From assembly GCF_964355755.1 (NCBI RefSeq), contig NC_092678.1, positions 14,224,371 to 14,288,370 on the forward strand: 64,000 bases of DNA. Reading direction: 5' to 3'. A program made the position numbers and the translations under genes. The notes beneath the pieces are model-generated. The model was not told the origin of the DNA, did no database searches, and was given only the letters and a program-made list of their open reading frames with translations. Each line of letters begins with the position of its first letter. Position 1 is the stretch's first letter. Positions 53,501-60,835 of this stretch are shown here, one piece after another. The DNA is from Antedon mediterranea (taxonomy: Eukaryota > Animalia > Echinodermata).

Positions 53501-54444
53501 TCGATTTACAGTATATTGTTTTCCCCCCACTTGTTAAACAAGCGAAGATGGCTTTATCTCAATAGAGTTGCCCAGACATCTATCTAATGTTACATTAAGA
53601 TTACAATTATGAGTAGTGTTTTATTATAATTATCATGACTTGCACCATGTTCTTGACACGCACGTGTATATTAATTTGTAATTATGTCTTTAAAACATTG
53701 TTTAATAATAGTCTTATATACTACGAAGAACTTGCGGTCCACATTCTTATATACGCAACGGTGTTAAACTGTAATTATTTTCCTCCTTATATTCTTTAAA
53801 AAGGAATAAAAAGAAATATAATATGTAGCGTTCTGATTTAACATTAGTATCGACATACTCGCTTCAATATGCAGTATTCCCGCTACAATTATTGCATCGA
53901 TGTAGGCTTACTACATGTCACTAATTATAATAAAAGACTCTCTCCCGATAGAATATGGATAATTATCCATCATAATAACCACCTTATATCTGTATTTTGT
54001 TGTTCAGTTTTTCCTCACAAATACAGCATCGTACTGTGTTGCATTTAATGCTTTGGATAACTTGGATGAACCAGCTAATGCAAGAGATCCATCAGTTGTA
54101 AGTTCAACATTATTTTAAACTTCAATTATTACTATCATTAATTGTTACTCGTAATAAACAAAATGTTTTATTACAAAAAATATATACTAATATAGTATAT
54201 TACCGTACATTACAATTTTTTTTATTTTACCTACCTTTTATTTTAGGGTCCACTAGGAATGACTAACTTAGACATGAATTTGTTTTGGATAAGGTCAGTA
54301 TATGAGCATACTGTGGCGCAACATGCTTCAGGAAACCCCATTTCAATTGATGGCAGGGTTTCCATAGAGTCACCTCCCATCAGTTTGGTTGCTACTCATA
54401 TGGACAAATTGCCATCATGGAGAAAATCGAGAAATCGTAAAAAG
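28..54444 (+). CDS. Multi-exon ankyrin-repeat + ROC GTPase (ROCO family) gene, partial at both ends
   Basis: Chain of AG/GT-bounded exons with compatible phases. Phase-0 ankyrin exons lead into 51321-51405, 51557-51722, 51863-51963, 52303-52365, 53192-53298, 54008-54097 and 54247-54444, which splice in frame to give [37 protein letters not shown] and [11 protein letters not shown]. Joining the distant 5' exons to this gene is inference. Confidence 0.85.
724..828 (+). CDS. Ankyrin-repeat exon (105 nt, phase 0)
   Basis: tag|[35 protein letters not shown]|gtaac. Confidence 0.9.
1003..2682 (+). mobile_element. Non-autonomous Helitron-like element, copy 1
   Basis: 3' 13-bp-stem hairpin CTAGATGGTACGC..GCGTACCATCTAG ending CTAG|T (2646-2682). 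It interrupts an intron whose flanks match the paralogous intron at ~260-480, and ~1115-2682 is an inverted near-copy of 23235-24780. The left boundary is approximate. Confidence 0.7.
2010..2360 (-). mobile_element. CR1/L2-group LINE 3' end captured inside the Helitron
   Basis: Translates [37 protein letters not shown] followed by a (TTA)n tail; also present in copy 2 (~23580-23910). Confidence 0.7.
2830..2892 (+). pseudogene. Truncated ankyrin pseudo-exon (duplicate of 28-124)
   Basis: Near-identical to 28-90, then similarity stops abruptly at TAGCCCAGAC (2893). Confidence 0.75.
2893..5600 (+). mobile_element. Possible Academ-like DNA transposon remnant with intron-containing N-terminal Zn-finger exons
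   Basis: Begins TAG where the ankyrin exon breaks off. Segments ~4137-4203 and 4359-~4470 splice to [47 protein letters not shown] (CxxC..HxxC). Family assignment is from memory and the right end was not found. Confidence 0.35.
5610..5745 (+). mobile_element. Penelope (Neptune-like) pseudo-LTR fragment
   Basis: Matches 41190-41300 and the reverse complement of 35757-35930; hammerhead core partly deleted. Confidence 0.75.
5757..5833. repeat. (TA)n microsatellite
   Basis: Direct reading. Similar runs at 6494-6543, 15786-15853, 18606-18646, 23110-23196, 35045-35116, 38316-38365 and 38470-38498. Confidence 0.95.
5945..6016 (-). tRNA. tRNA-like cloverleaf (anticodon ATC), repeat-borne; probably not a canonical tRNA gene
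   Basis: Reverse complement of 6311-6382 with one change in the anticodon stem. Confidence 0.5.
6311..6382 (+). tRNA. tRNA-like cloverleaf (anticodon ATC), repeat-borne; probably not a canonical tRNA gene
   Basis: Acceptor GCCCCAG/TTGGGGC, A-box TGGTCTAATGG, anticodon arm TCTGC-ATATCAA-GCAGA, T arm CCGAG-TTCGAGT-CTCGG, followed by TTTTT. Confidence 0.55.
6590..7300 (-). mobile_element. Penelope-like (Naiad-type) RT fragment, degenerate, with internal duplication
   Basis: [40 protein letters not shown], then IG*YRDDGL; 7005-7170 and 7145-7300 are duplicated. Confidence 0.8.
11925..13075 (+). mobile_element. Inverted 3' end of an L1/Tx1-like element (zf-RVT region), ORF 11970-12716
   Basis: [31 protein letters not shown]; paralogous to 8800-9400 on the opposite strand and splits ORF2 of the host LINE. 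Confidence 0.75.
13875..14000 (+). mobile_element. Helentron-associated (HINE/DINE-1-like) short element
   Basis: TTTTT-AGTCGCGTAGACGCGACT palindrome, (GTCY)n tract, and a second ACGCGACT near the T-rich end. Confidence 0.55.
14975..15360 (+). mobile_element. Non-LTR RT fragment (CR1/L2-like)
   Basis: [41 protein letters not shown]. Confidence 0.75.
15854..16152. mobile_element. (TA)n-associated repeat family 2 (tRNA-like cassette): minus copy plus inverted tail
   Basis: 15854-16057 includes the reverse complement of ~18444-18610; 16058-16150 is an inverted copy of ~15856-15940. Confidence 0.7.
16159..18288. mobile_element. Non-autonomous TIR element with 5-bp TSD (hAT-like)
   Basis: TIRs CAGGGCCGTAGCCAGG / CCTGGCTACGGGCCTG (15/16 match); TSD ACAAT on both sides. 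Confidence 0.8.
16915..17988. mobile_element. Nested non-autonomous hAT element with 8-bp TSD
   Basis: TIRs CAGGGGTGGCACCAG / CTGGCGCCACCACTG; TSD GACCAAAC at 16907-16914 and 17989-17996. Confidence 0.8.
18425..18496 (+). tRNA. tRNA-like cloverleaf (Pro-like body, anticodon TGT) within repeat family 2 (~18300-18606)
   Basis: GGCTCTG TGGTCTAGTGGTATGAT A CTCGC-CCTGTAA-GCGAG AGGTT GCAGG-TTCGAAT-CCAGC CAGAGAC A TTTTTT; two stem mismatches. Confidence 0.5.
18640..20880. mobile_element. Jumbled CR1/L2-group LINE fragments on both strands
   Basis: Minus: QGPILWND (~18800), [13 protein letters not shown] (~19150), [11 protein letters not shown] and YKYLGV (19326-19695). Plus: a 3' end at 19960-20880. 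19861-19943 is an inverted copy of 19143-19226. Confidence 0.65.
20900..22740 (+). mobile_element. CR1/L2-group (Crack/Daphne-like) LINE, RT and 3' end, degenerate
   Basis: ORF 21334-22161 [43 protein letters not shown]; ORF 22362-22664 EGPSYWNKL. Confidence 0.85.
23235..24964 (-). mobile_element. Non-autonomous Helitron-like element, copy 2
   Basis: On the minus strand it runs 5' TCTATATATA ... hairpin-CTAG|T 3'. It is inserted with no TSD into a family-2 repeat tail (flanks rejoin to match 15881-15935). Confidence 0.8.
25200..26150. mobile_element. Probable DNA-transposon terminal region with repeated GCCATTTTG/AAGATGGCGGCC motifs
   Basis: Recurrent short inverted motifs typical of non-autonomous TIR elements; ends not resolved. 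Confidence 0.35.
26243..26347 (+). CDS. Ankyrin-repeat exon (105 nt)
   Basis: tag|[35 protein letters not shown]|gtaat. Confidence 0.85.
27400..31400 (-). mobile_element. BEL/Pao LTR retrotransposon internal region, degenerate
   Basis: Gag Zn knuckles (~31200-31300), protease [31 protein letters not shown], RNase [10 protein letters not shown], integrase [23 protein letters not shown]; no LTRs found. Confidence 0.9.
30172..30490 (-). mobile_element. tRNA-derived SINE inserted in the BEL element
   Basis: Minus-strand A box TGGCAGAGCGG and B box GGTTCGAGGC at the 5' end; interrupts BEL pol. Confidence 0.65.
33632..33736 (+). CDS. Ankyrin-repeat exon (105 nt)
   Basis: tag|[35 protein letters not shown]|gtaat. 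Confidence 0.8.
33790..34375 (+). mobile_element. Repeat family 1, head-to-tail tandem (period 363 bp); tRNA-like cassettes at 33895-33965 and 34258-34329
   Basis: Near-identical to 6151-6495; units separated by a short (TA)n. Confidence 0.75.
34424..35045 (+). mobile_element. Penelope-like (Naiad-type) GIY-YIG endonuclease C-terminus and 3' pLTR
   Basis: [52 protein letters not shown], stop at 34862, then a hammerhead and (TA)n. Confidence 0.85.
34947..35002 (+). ncRNA. Type I hammerhead ribozyme (Penelope pLTR)
   Basis: TCAC-CTGAAGA-GTGCGGCTAGC tacat GCTGGTCGTAC-GAA-ACAAATTTGT-A-GTGA: stem I TCAC/GTGA, 11-bp stem II, palindromic stem III, GUA cleavage triplet. Confidence 0.8.
35278..35735 (-). 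mobile_element. Naiad-type Penelope RT-thumb/linker fragment
   Basis: [57 protein letters not shown]; overlaps in sequence with the start of the 34424 fragment. Confidence 0.8.
35757..38471 (-). mobile_element. Penelope-like (Neptune-type) element, left inverted copy: RT 36937-38250, GIY-YIG 36146-36784
   Basis: [43 protein letters not shown]; [19 protein letters not shown]; frameshifted. Confidence 0.9.
38499..41330 (+). mobile_element. Penelope-like (Neptune-type) element, right copy: RT 38880-~40330, GIY-YIG 40338-40976
   Basis: Inverted paralog of the left copy with its own stops (38828, 39750, ~39880). Confidence 0.9.
41363..41399 (-). ncRNA. Minimal type I hammerhead ribozyme in an inverted pLTR (41334-41475)
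   Basis: GCA-CTGATGA-AGGGC tagtgtt GCCC-GAA-AGCT-C-TGC. Mutated copies at 41203-41239 (+, CTGGTGA) and 35883-35919 (-, GAAA>AAAA). Confidence 0.75.
41801..41857 (+). pseudogene. Truncated ankyrin pseudo-exon
   Basis: [19 protein letters not shown], then the 3' half is deleted; the homologous acceptor reads GG. Confidence 0.75.
42050..42160 (+). CDS. Divergent ankyrin-repeat exon (111 nt)
   Basis: cag|[37 protein letters not shown]|gtaat. Confidence 0.7.
42405..42515 (+). CDS. Divergent ankyrin-repeat exon (111 nt)
   Basis: tag|[37 protein letters not shown]|gtaaa. Confidence 0.8.
42823..43135 (-). mobile_element. tRNA-derived CORE-like SINE
   Basis: Minus-strand head GCAGTGGTTAGAGCA; core-like TCTTGCTCAAGGACTCAAC; absent from the paralogous intron segment at ~41575-41610. 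Confidence 0.65.
43527..43631 (+). pseudogene. Ankyrin exon (C type) with dead acceptor
   Basis: Open 105-nt frame [35 protein letters not shown], but the acceptor reads AT. Confidence 0.75.
44123..44227 (+). CDS. Ankyrin exon A1 (105 nt)
   Basis: aag|[35 protein letters not shown]|gt. Confidence 0.85.
44431..44535 (+). CDS. Ankyrin exon B1 (105 nt)
   Basis: tag|[35 protein letters not shown]|gt. Confidence 0.85.
44915..45019 (+). CDS. Ankyrin exon C1 (105 nt)
   Basis: tag|[35 protein letters not shown]|gt. Confidence 0.85.
45078..45516 (-). mobile_element. Solo LTR with 5-bp TSD
   Basis: ATGAT|TGT...ACA|ATGAT; empty sites at ~43680 and ~49767; TATA-like and ATTAAA signals on the minus strand. 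Confidence 0.8.
45927..46031 (+). CDS. Ankyrin exon A2 (105 nt)
   Basis: aag|[35 protein letters not shown]|gt. Confidence 0.85.
46232..46336 (+). CDS. Ankyrin exon B2 (105 nt)
   Basis: cag|[35 protein letters not shown]|gt. Confidence 0.85.
46717..46821 (+). CDS. Ankyrin exon C2 (105 nt)
   Basis: Same translation as C1; AG/GT intact. Confidence 0.85.
46880..47320 (-). mobile_element. Solo LTR, duplicated copy with the same ATGAT TSD
   Basis: Near-identical to 45078-45516, including flanks. Confidence 0.8.
47731..47835 (+). CDS. Ankyrin exon A3 (105 nt)
   Basis: Same translation as A2; AG/GT intact. Confidence 0.85.
48036..48140 (+). CDS. Ankyrin exon B3 (105 nt)
   Basis: Same translation as B2; AG/GT intact. 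Confidence 0.85.
48516..48620 (+). CDS. Ankyrin exon C3 (105 nt)
   Basis: cag|[35 protein letters not shown]|gtgat. Confidence 0.8.
49022..49126 (+). CDS. Ankyrin exon A4 (105 nt)
   Basis: aag|[35 protein letters not shown]|gt. Confidence 0.85.
49323..49427 (+). CDS. Ankyrin exon, A/C mosaic (105 nt)
   Basis: aag|[35 protein letters not shown]|gt. Confidence 0.85.
49616..49720 (+). pseudogene. Ankyrin exon with dead donor
   Basis: Open frame [35 protein letters not shown] followed by AT instead of GT. Confidence 0.75.
50230..50255 (+). pseudogene. Truncated ankyrin pseudo-exon
   Basis: tag|GAC TAA AAC ACC ACA CAG CAT GAA TA after a typical array intron, then unrelated sequence. Confidence 0.65.
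51321..51405 (+). CDS. C-terminal capping ankyrin half-repeat exon
   Basis: tag|[28 protein letters not shown]+1|gtaag; its phase fits the next exon. Confidence 0.8.
51557..51722 (+). CDS. ROC exon 1 (pre-ROC helix and P-loop)
   Basis: [55 protein letters not shown]; AG/GT intact. Confidence 0.9.
51863..51963 (+). CDS. ROC exon 2 (switch I)
   Basis: [33 protein letters not shown]; phases 2/1 fit. Confidence 0.85.
52303..52365 (+). CDS. ROC insertion exon (63 nt, phase 1-1)
   Basis: cag|[20 protein letters not shown]|gtatg. Confidence 0.65.
52465..52630. repeat. Long imperfect palindrome, probably part of a non-autonomous element
   Basis: ATGATGAAAGGTTA../..TAACCTTTCATCAT and outer arms around a GAGGCAACGCC centre. 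Confidence 0.6.
53192..53298 (+). CDS. ROC exon (switch II/G3)
   Basis: [35 protein letters not shown]|gtatg. Confidence 0.9.
54008..54097 (+). CDS. ROC exon
   Basis: cag|[30 protein letters not shown]|gtaag. Confidence 0.85.
54247..54444 (+). CDS. ROC exon (G4)
   Basis: [37 protein letters not shown]|gtaat. Confidence 0.9.
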
Positions 54445-54821
54445 GTAATTCATTCTTGAGTGAATGAACTGAACAATCTAACATGATATGATACTGAATA
54501 CCAATGATGCTAATTTAGCTTATCAATTATTCCTCATCCAATTTAATTCTTGTATCAATAGGTGCTGTCATTAATGCCACGTAATAGTTATTAACTTTGA
54601 ACCAAAAGTTGGATAGAAAAAACAATTATTTGCCAAAAAAAACATTAATTTAAAACAAGGTTAAGTAGAAGAAAAGGTACTTCAGTCAGGAAATGACCTT
54701 GGGGTATTTCATGGTGGTTGCGCAAGAGTTATGTAATTACCGCCAGGTGTTTCTAATGAAGGTCATTCATTTCCTGGTACTTCAGCCCAAAGTTGACCTT
54801 GGTGTATTTCCTGGTGGTTAC

Positions 54822-54822
<1 letters not shown>

Positions 54823-54868
<46 letters not shown>

Positions 54869-55652
54869 TATATTTATACAAGGATAAAACAATCAGATAA
54901 CAGTGTATCTGTTTTACATTGTGGTCCTGTCTTAATCAAAATATTCAAAAGAGAAACTTAAAGATGTATTGTCCCTTTGACTAATTCCAAAAAAATAAAA
55001 AATAAAAGATTTCGAAAAAAGGTGGGTCATTTTGAAGTATCATAATAGTTATTAACTATCACCAAAAATTTTTCAAAAAAAAAAAAAGTTTAACTGAAAT
55101 ACAGACGTTTTTTTGTTTAAAAAATAACTTTGACTTCCAGTCAAAGTTTTCAATCAAAACATATCCCATAATGAAACGCGATTGTTTGGCTACTCTGTAT
55201 GCATAATCATAAAACTTCCTCATGATCTGTGTGAAAATACCTTCTTAACCGTGACGAGTTTTAAACAATCCTAATTTAGCATATACATAATGCATACTCA
55301 TGGTTTGAAATCTTTGTTTACTTTCGCTCGTGACAATTTTCCAGATGAAATGTAATCAAACTAATTTACCTGTTAATTACGTAAACTTGTTGTTTTTGGC
55401 TCAAATTTTCGACTTAAAGTGAATAACTTTAATATTACTTTGATATGGCCACTTTAAATTTAGAATATTTTGACCTTCATTTTTTTGTGTTTCAAGGGAC
55501 AATACATCTTTAATTAAATATAATACATGTCAGTTTTTTATGAAAAGAAATGAGATTTGTATCTAGCCTTAAAGGACGTAACTGTTGGTGCCGATTTAAT
55601 ATTAACTGGTAAATTGTTCCATATTTTTGAGCCTGCAACTTTAAAGGACGAA
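54823..55652 (-). mobile_element. L2/CR1-group 3' tail inserted in the minisatellite
   Basis: FKVAGSKIWNNLPVNIKSAPTVTSFKARYKSHF on the minus strand and an (ATT)n tail at 54823-54862. Confidence 0.7.
54962..55509. mobile_element. Kolobok-like MITE (TTAA TSD)
   Basis: TTAA|AGATGTATTGTCCC ... GGGACAATACATCT|TTAA. Confidence 0.75.
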
Positions 55653-56837
55653 TGTAATTTCCGCCAGATGTTTCTAATGAAGGTCGTTCATTTCCTGGTA
55701 CTTCAGACCCGAAATGACCTTGGGGTATTTGCTGGTAGTTTCGCAATAGATATGTAATTTCCACCAGATGTTTCTAATGAAGGTCATTCATTTCCTGGTA
55801 CTTCAGCCCAAGGTTGGCCTTGGTGTATTTCCTGGTAGTTACGTAATAGTTATGTAATTTCCACCAGATGTTTCTAATGAAGGTCGTTCATTTCCTGGTA
55901 CTTCAGCCCAAAGTTGGCCTTGGTGTATTTCCTGGTAGTTTCGCAATAGATATGTAATTTCCGCCAGGTGTTTCTTTGTCTCTTATTTATTAATTTTTGG
56001 CGCGATGTTCTGGTACGTGGTGAGTGACGTCATTACTTTATTTATGATTTAAGACAGTGAAACAAAGTGAAGCGGTTATTGTTGTACTATTTTCCTGTTT
56101 TTTTTTGTCTATTTTTGCGTAGAGTATCTCTTTACAGTATTTCATTATGTCTGGAAGTATATATTTTTCGCAAGGGAGTTGTGCAGATAATGTTATAATA
56201 ACTAGCGATGATGAGGAGACTGTTGTTCCAGGCAGTGATAGATGATCGTTACACGGGGGTCGAAGAGGTTATCCCCGCCGGTATAGTTGAAGGAGTCGAG
56301 AGGAGTAAAAGGCCTACAAGTTGTATATTTACGTACGTAGACGAGGTGGAGAGAGAATTTTTGCTGAAAATGGAGCGTTTGATTAAACAACCAGTTGTTT
56401 CCTTTTAATTGTTTGCAGTGATTACCGTTTAGGTATAATAAATTATTTTTCTGGCGCGTATTTTTGATTTGTCCTTTCACTACATCTCTCAATTGTTTCC
56501 CTTTGTTGTTTTAATTAAGGTGTTTCCGGGGTCCATGTTTTCCGTTTGGTCGAAGGCTAAATCTAATGGTCACTGTTGTGGGAGGGTCTTCCTAATTATG
56601 TAAGGGCTGTTTGACCAATCTTAATAGCGGACACATTTCCTAAAGGAAGTTCTAAGTATCTTTGTTTGCATATATTATTAAATTTAATTAGTGTCATGGG
56701 GTGGTATAAAAAACAGCGTAAGTGTGGGTATTTTTTCATTCGCTTACTGATTATTCTAGACTTATTACTAATTTTTTTACAATGGCTCATTACGTATCAT
56801 CATCATCATCTTCCGATTCTAACGATAGCTTGTTTAA

Positions 56838-58960
56838 GATAAGATAAGATAAGATAACTTTTATTGATCCTCAAAAAGGAAATTCATTGCCCGTCATAAT
56901 AACAAAGAAAACACTATAAAAACAAATATAGCATAAAACCAATCATATAAAAACATCTAAAAAATTACAATATAAAATTATCTTCTTGACTTCCTGTTGT
57001 ACTGGATGATACCGGAGGGAATAAAGGATTTAGCAAATCGATTTGTTTTCACACTGAGGAGCCTCAATCTACCACTTGGATTAAGTTGGTCTATGATCAC
57101 TTTGTGGAGAGGATGAGAGGCATCCGACTCAATGCGTTCGAAATCTTTCTGGAGGTGTTCTAGGTGCACATCGGTAAAGGAAGGCAGTTCCAGACCAATC
57201 ATTTTACCAGCCCGACGGATGAAAGTTTCAAGGCGTCCTTTATTCCCTCCGGTAACATTACCAGCCCAACAGGAGAGGCAATACGTCCAAACACTACATA
57301 TTACGGATCTATAGAACGAAAGTAACATCAAATCACAGGAGTTAAATTTATATAAAGTTCTCATACAATACATTCTGGGACTTAATTTTTTGCTGATGAA
57401 GTCTATATTGTCTCCCCAACTCAGTTTATCATTGAAAACAATTCCTAGATACTTGTACTGGTCAACAATTTCAATTTCTTTACCTTTGATAGTGATTGGT
57501 TGAAAATTAAATTTATGTTTAGTCCTAAAATCAATGATCATCTCCTTTGTTTTTGATGCATTTATTTGGAGATAATTATCGTCACAAAATTTAACAAATC
57601 TTTGTATTTCGCTACGATAATTTTCATCATTGTTTGAAACTATGATACCAATAGTACTAGTGTCATCAGCGAATTTAACAACGGGGCAAAGCTCATCATT
57701 TAAAGATCTGTAATCCGCCGTATACAAGGAATATAATTTAGGTGCGTTGACAGTACCCTGAGGAACACCGGTGTCAGAGGTTACGATTTCTGACTTAACA
57801 CCATTAATATTAACAAATTGTTTTCTATCACAAATGAAATTTAAAACTAAACGAACAATCGGACGGGGAAACTCCATATTCAACATTTTGTCTGCTAAGA
57901 TATGGGGTTGTATGGTATTAAACGCAGATTGAAAATCAAAATACATAATACGTGCCGAGTGGCCTTTCTTTACATTATCTAGATGTGAATACAATTTATG
58001 TAATTTAAAATAAATCGCATCACTGGTACTACGGAGTGATCGGTAAGCAAATTGCAACGGGTCTAACACTTTTTCAGCATAAGGTTGCATAATTTTTAAA
58101 ATAATACGTTCCAATATTTTCATCGCGACAGACGTGAGTGCAACGGGTCTCAAATGATTCATGCTGTTAATCTTAGGTTTTTTAGGTACCGGTATTATGC
58201 ATGAAAGTTTCCAAATATCCGGGAACGCATGATAAGAAAGACACATATTGAAAATAAATGTAAATATACCATCAAGGTGAGGAGAGCAGACCTTAAGTAC
58301 TCGTGGTGGGATTCTATCCGGCCCAGCAGCCTTCGATGAATTGAGTTTCATGAATTCGTTATGTACATCAGAAATACTTATACTAAATTTGGGATCATCT
58401 TCAGTCACCCGACACAAGCTAAATAGAGCCTCTCTTTCTTTTTTAAAATCATGAACATTAAAACGGTTATAAAATTCATTTAACTCATTAACATATTGCA
58501 CAGTAACATTCGGAATCGAGGTGGGTGTATTACCACCGTTTGTGTAACCACTCATAAGTTTCATACCCTGCCAAACTTGTTTCATATTATTAGACCTGAA
58601 GTTATGTTCAACTTTTTTCCTATAAATGTTCTTCTGTTTCATTATTTCAGATTTAATCTCTCTAGTCAATATTTTCATACGATTAGAGTCGCCCATCTTA
58701 AAGGCTTTACGTTTCTCACACAACAGTAATTTAACGCCTTTCGTGATCCATGGCTTGTTGTTAGGGTAGATTTTCACTTTTTTAACTGGAACGCATTTAT
58801 CAATACAAAAGTTTATGTACGAGCTCACTGCATAAGTAATACTATTCAAATCTTCATCCTCCGTAAAAATATCCCAATCGGTAGATTCAAATTCCGCTAT
58901 CAGGGCTTCCTCGGCTTCAGGAGACCATTTACGTACATTAATAATTTTTGGTTGGCATGT
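56838..58960 (-). mobile_element. Rex-Babar-type LINE, 5'-truncated, RT frame open (stop at 56978)
   Basis: VPVKKVKIYPNNKPWIT, KAAGPD, RPVALTS, DPLQFAY, DFQSAFNTIQP, GVPQG, KFADDT; (TTATC)n tail; imperfect TSD CTTRTTTAA. Confidence 0.85.
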
Positions 58961-59454
58961 CTTATTTAACTTGCGAATTTGTGAAGGAAATGTTTTCCTC
59001 ATTAGAACTTTGTAACGACAGTGATTTGGTAAGTAAATTTCTTTTTTTTTCATTTATTCTCATTTTTGGTAATCAAATGTTTCTATATTATCTTTTATTT
59101 ATTATTATTATTTTTATAGGAACTTGCTCTATGTAGTACGAAGCTAGGAATTAACAAAGCATGGTACTTGATCGACTGGCTAGTAGACATTTATAAGGCC
59201 TTGCTGGAACGAATTGTTTGGTGACGTTGGATAAATAAAAAATTTAAACAAGAAAGAGGAGAGATTACAATATTTATATTGGATACGATAAAATAAAAAA
59301 ATACAGTCACCATTACGTACGTCTTTTGTTGTTGTTGTTGTTATCGTCATCGTCTACGTCAACATTAAGAAACAGACAAGTATATATAAACAAGTACAGT
59401 GATTCAATTTATTTCAAATTTCGCATAAAACAAAATAACTTTACAAAAATGTAT

Positions 59455-60835
59455 TTGCTTAATCTGCAAAATGAGAAACGGTATCGACATAAGAATTCAA
59501 GTCGAAAAATATTTAAATTAAAATTACAAAAATATTGCTTAATCTACAAAAATCGACTTTATAAGTATAAAATGTATTAACATTAAAACAGTTATAACAA
59601 TATTTACTTAATCTACAAAAAAAGAGAAACGGTATCGACATAAGAATTCAAGTGGTAAAATATTTAAATTAAAATTACAAAAATATTGCTTAATCTATAA
59701 AAATAGATATTATAAGTATAAAAGTTATTAACATTAAAACAGTTATAACAATATTTACTTAATCTACAAAAAAAGAGAAACGGTATCGACATAAGAATTC
59801 AAGTGGTAAAATATTTAAATTAAAATTACAAAAATATTGCTTAATCTATAAAAATAGATATTATAAGTATAAAAGTTATTAACATTAAAACAGTTATAAC
59901 AATATTTACTTAATCTACAAAAAGAGAAACGGTATCGACATAAGAAATTCAAGTGGAAAAATATATTTACTTAATCTACAAAAAGAGAAACGGTATCGAC
60001 ATAAGAAAATCAAGCGGAAAAATATTTAAAAATATATTTACTTAACCCGCAAAAATTCGACTTTAAAAAACGGGTATAAAAATTATTTATATTAAAACAG
60101 ATATAAAAATATTTACATTAAAACTACAAATATATTTTGTTCAAACTATAAAAAGAGAGAGAGTACGGTGAAGAATGTATAAAGAGTAACAAATAATTAT
60201 CTATAACGAATTATGTTTACATTTTTAAAAAGAAATTTATGGCCGTGATTCACCAAACATACCCGTAAGGAACTGTACGATAATTTTCGATAATAATTCT
60301 TTTGTCGTACACGATTCGATAGTCTTTAGTCGATGTTTCGTTGACTATCTTTCGTATTTTTGGCTTGCGCGTTATGCGATTCTTCTCAACCGTCTTAATT
60401 GTATCGGGGCCAACACCCCTTACCATATTGAAGACGGTGTCAAAATTAATTTTCTGAGCGTTTGTAAAGTTAAGGGTAAAAATAGATATTATAAGTATAA
60501 AAGTTATTAACATTAAAACAGTTATAACAATAGTTACTTAATCTACAAAAAGAGAAACGGTATCGACATAAGAAATTCAAGTGGAAAAATATATTTACTT
60601 AATCTACAAAAAGAGAAACGGTATCGACATAAGAAAATCAAGCGGAAAAATATTTAAAAATATATTTACTTAACCCGCAAAAATTCGACTTTAAAAAACG
60701 GGTATAAAAATTATTTATATTAAAACAGATATAAAAATATTTACATTAAAACTACAAATATATTTTGTTCAAACTATAAAAAGAGAGAGAGTACGGTAAA
60801 GAATGTATAAAGAGTAACAAATAATTATCTATAAT
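59455..60835. repeat. AT-rich tandem repeats (~151-bp unit and shorter) plus a ~355-bp duplication
   Basis: GAGAAACGGTATCGACATAAG recurs near 59473, 59624, 59775, 59924, 59985, 60552 and 60613; 60481-60835 copies ~59850-60205. Confidence 0.85.

Larger units (their letters stand above)
54676..55975. repeat. ~102-bp minisatellite (54676-54825 and 55655-55975), split by an insertion
   Basis: Unit GTAATTTCCRCCAGRTGTTTCTAATGAAGGTCRTTCATTTCCTGGTACTTCAGCCC.. Confidence 0.85.
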
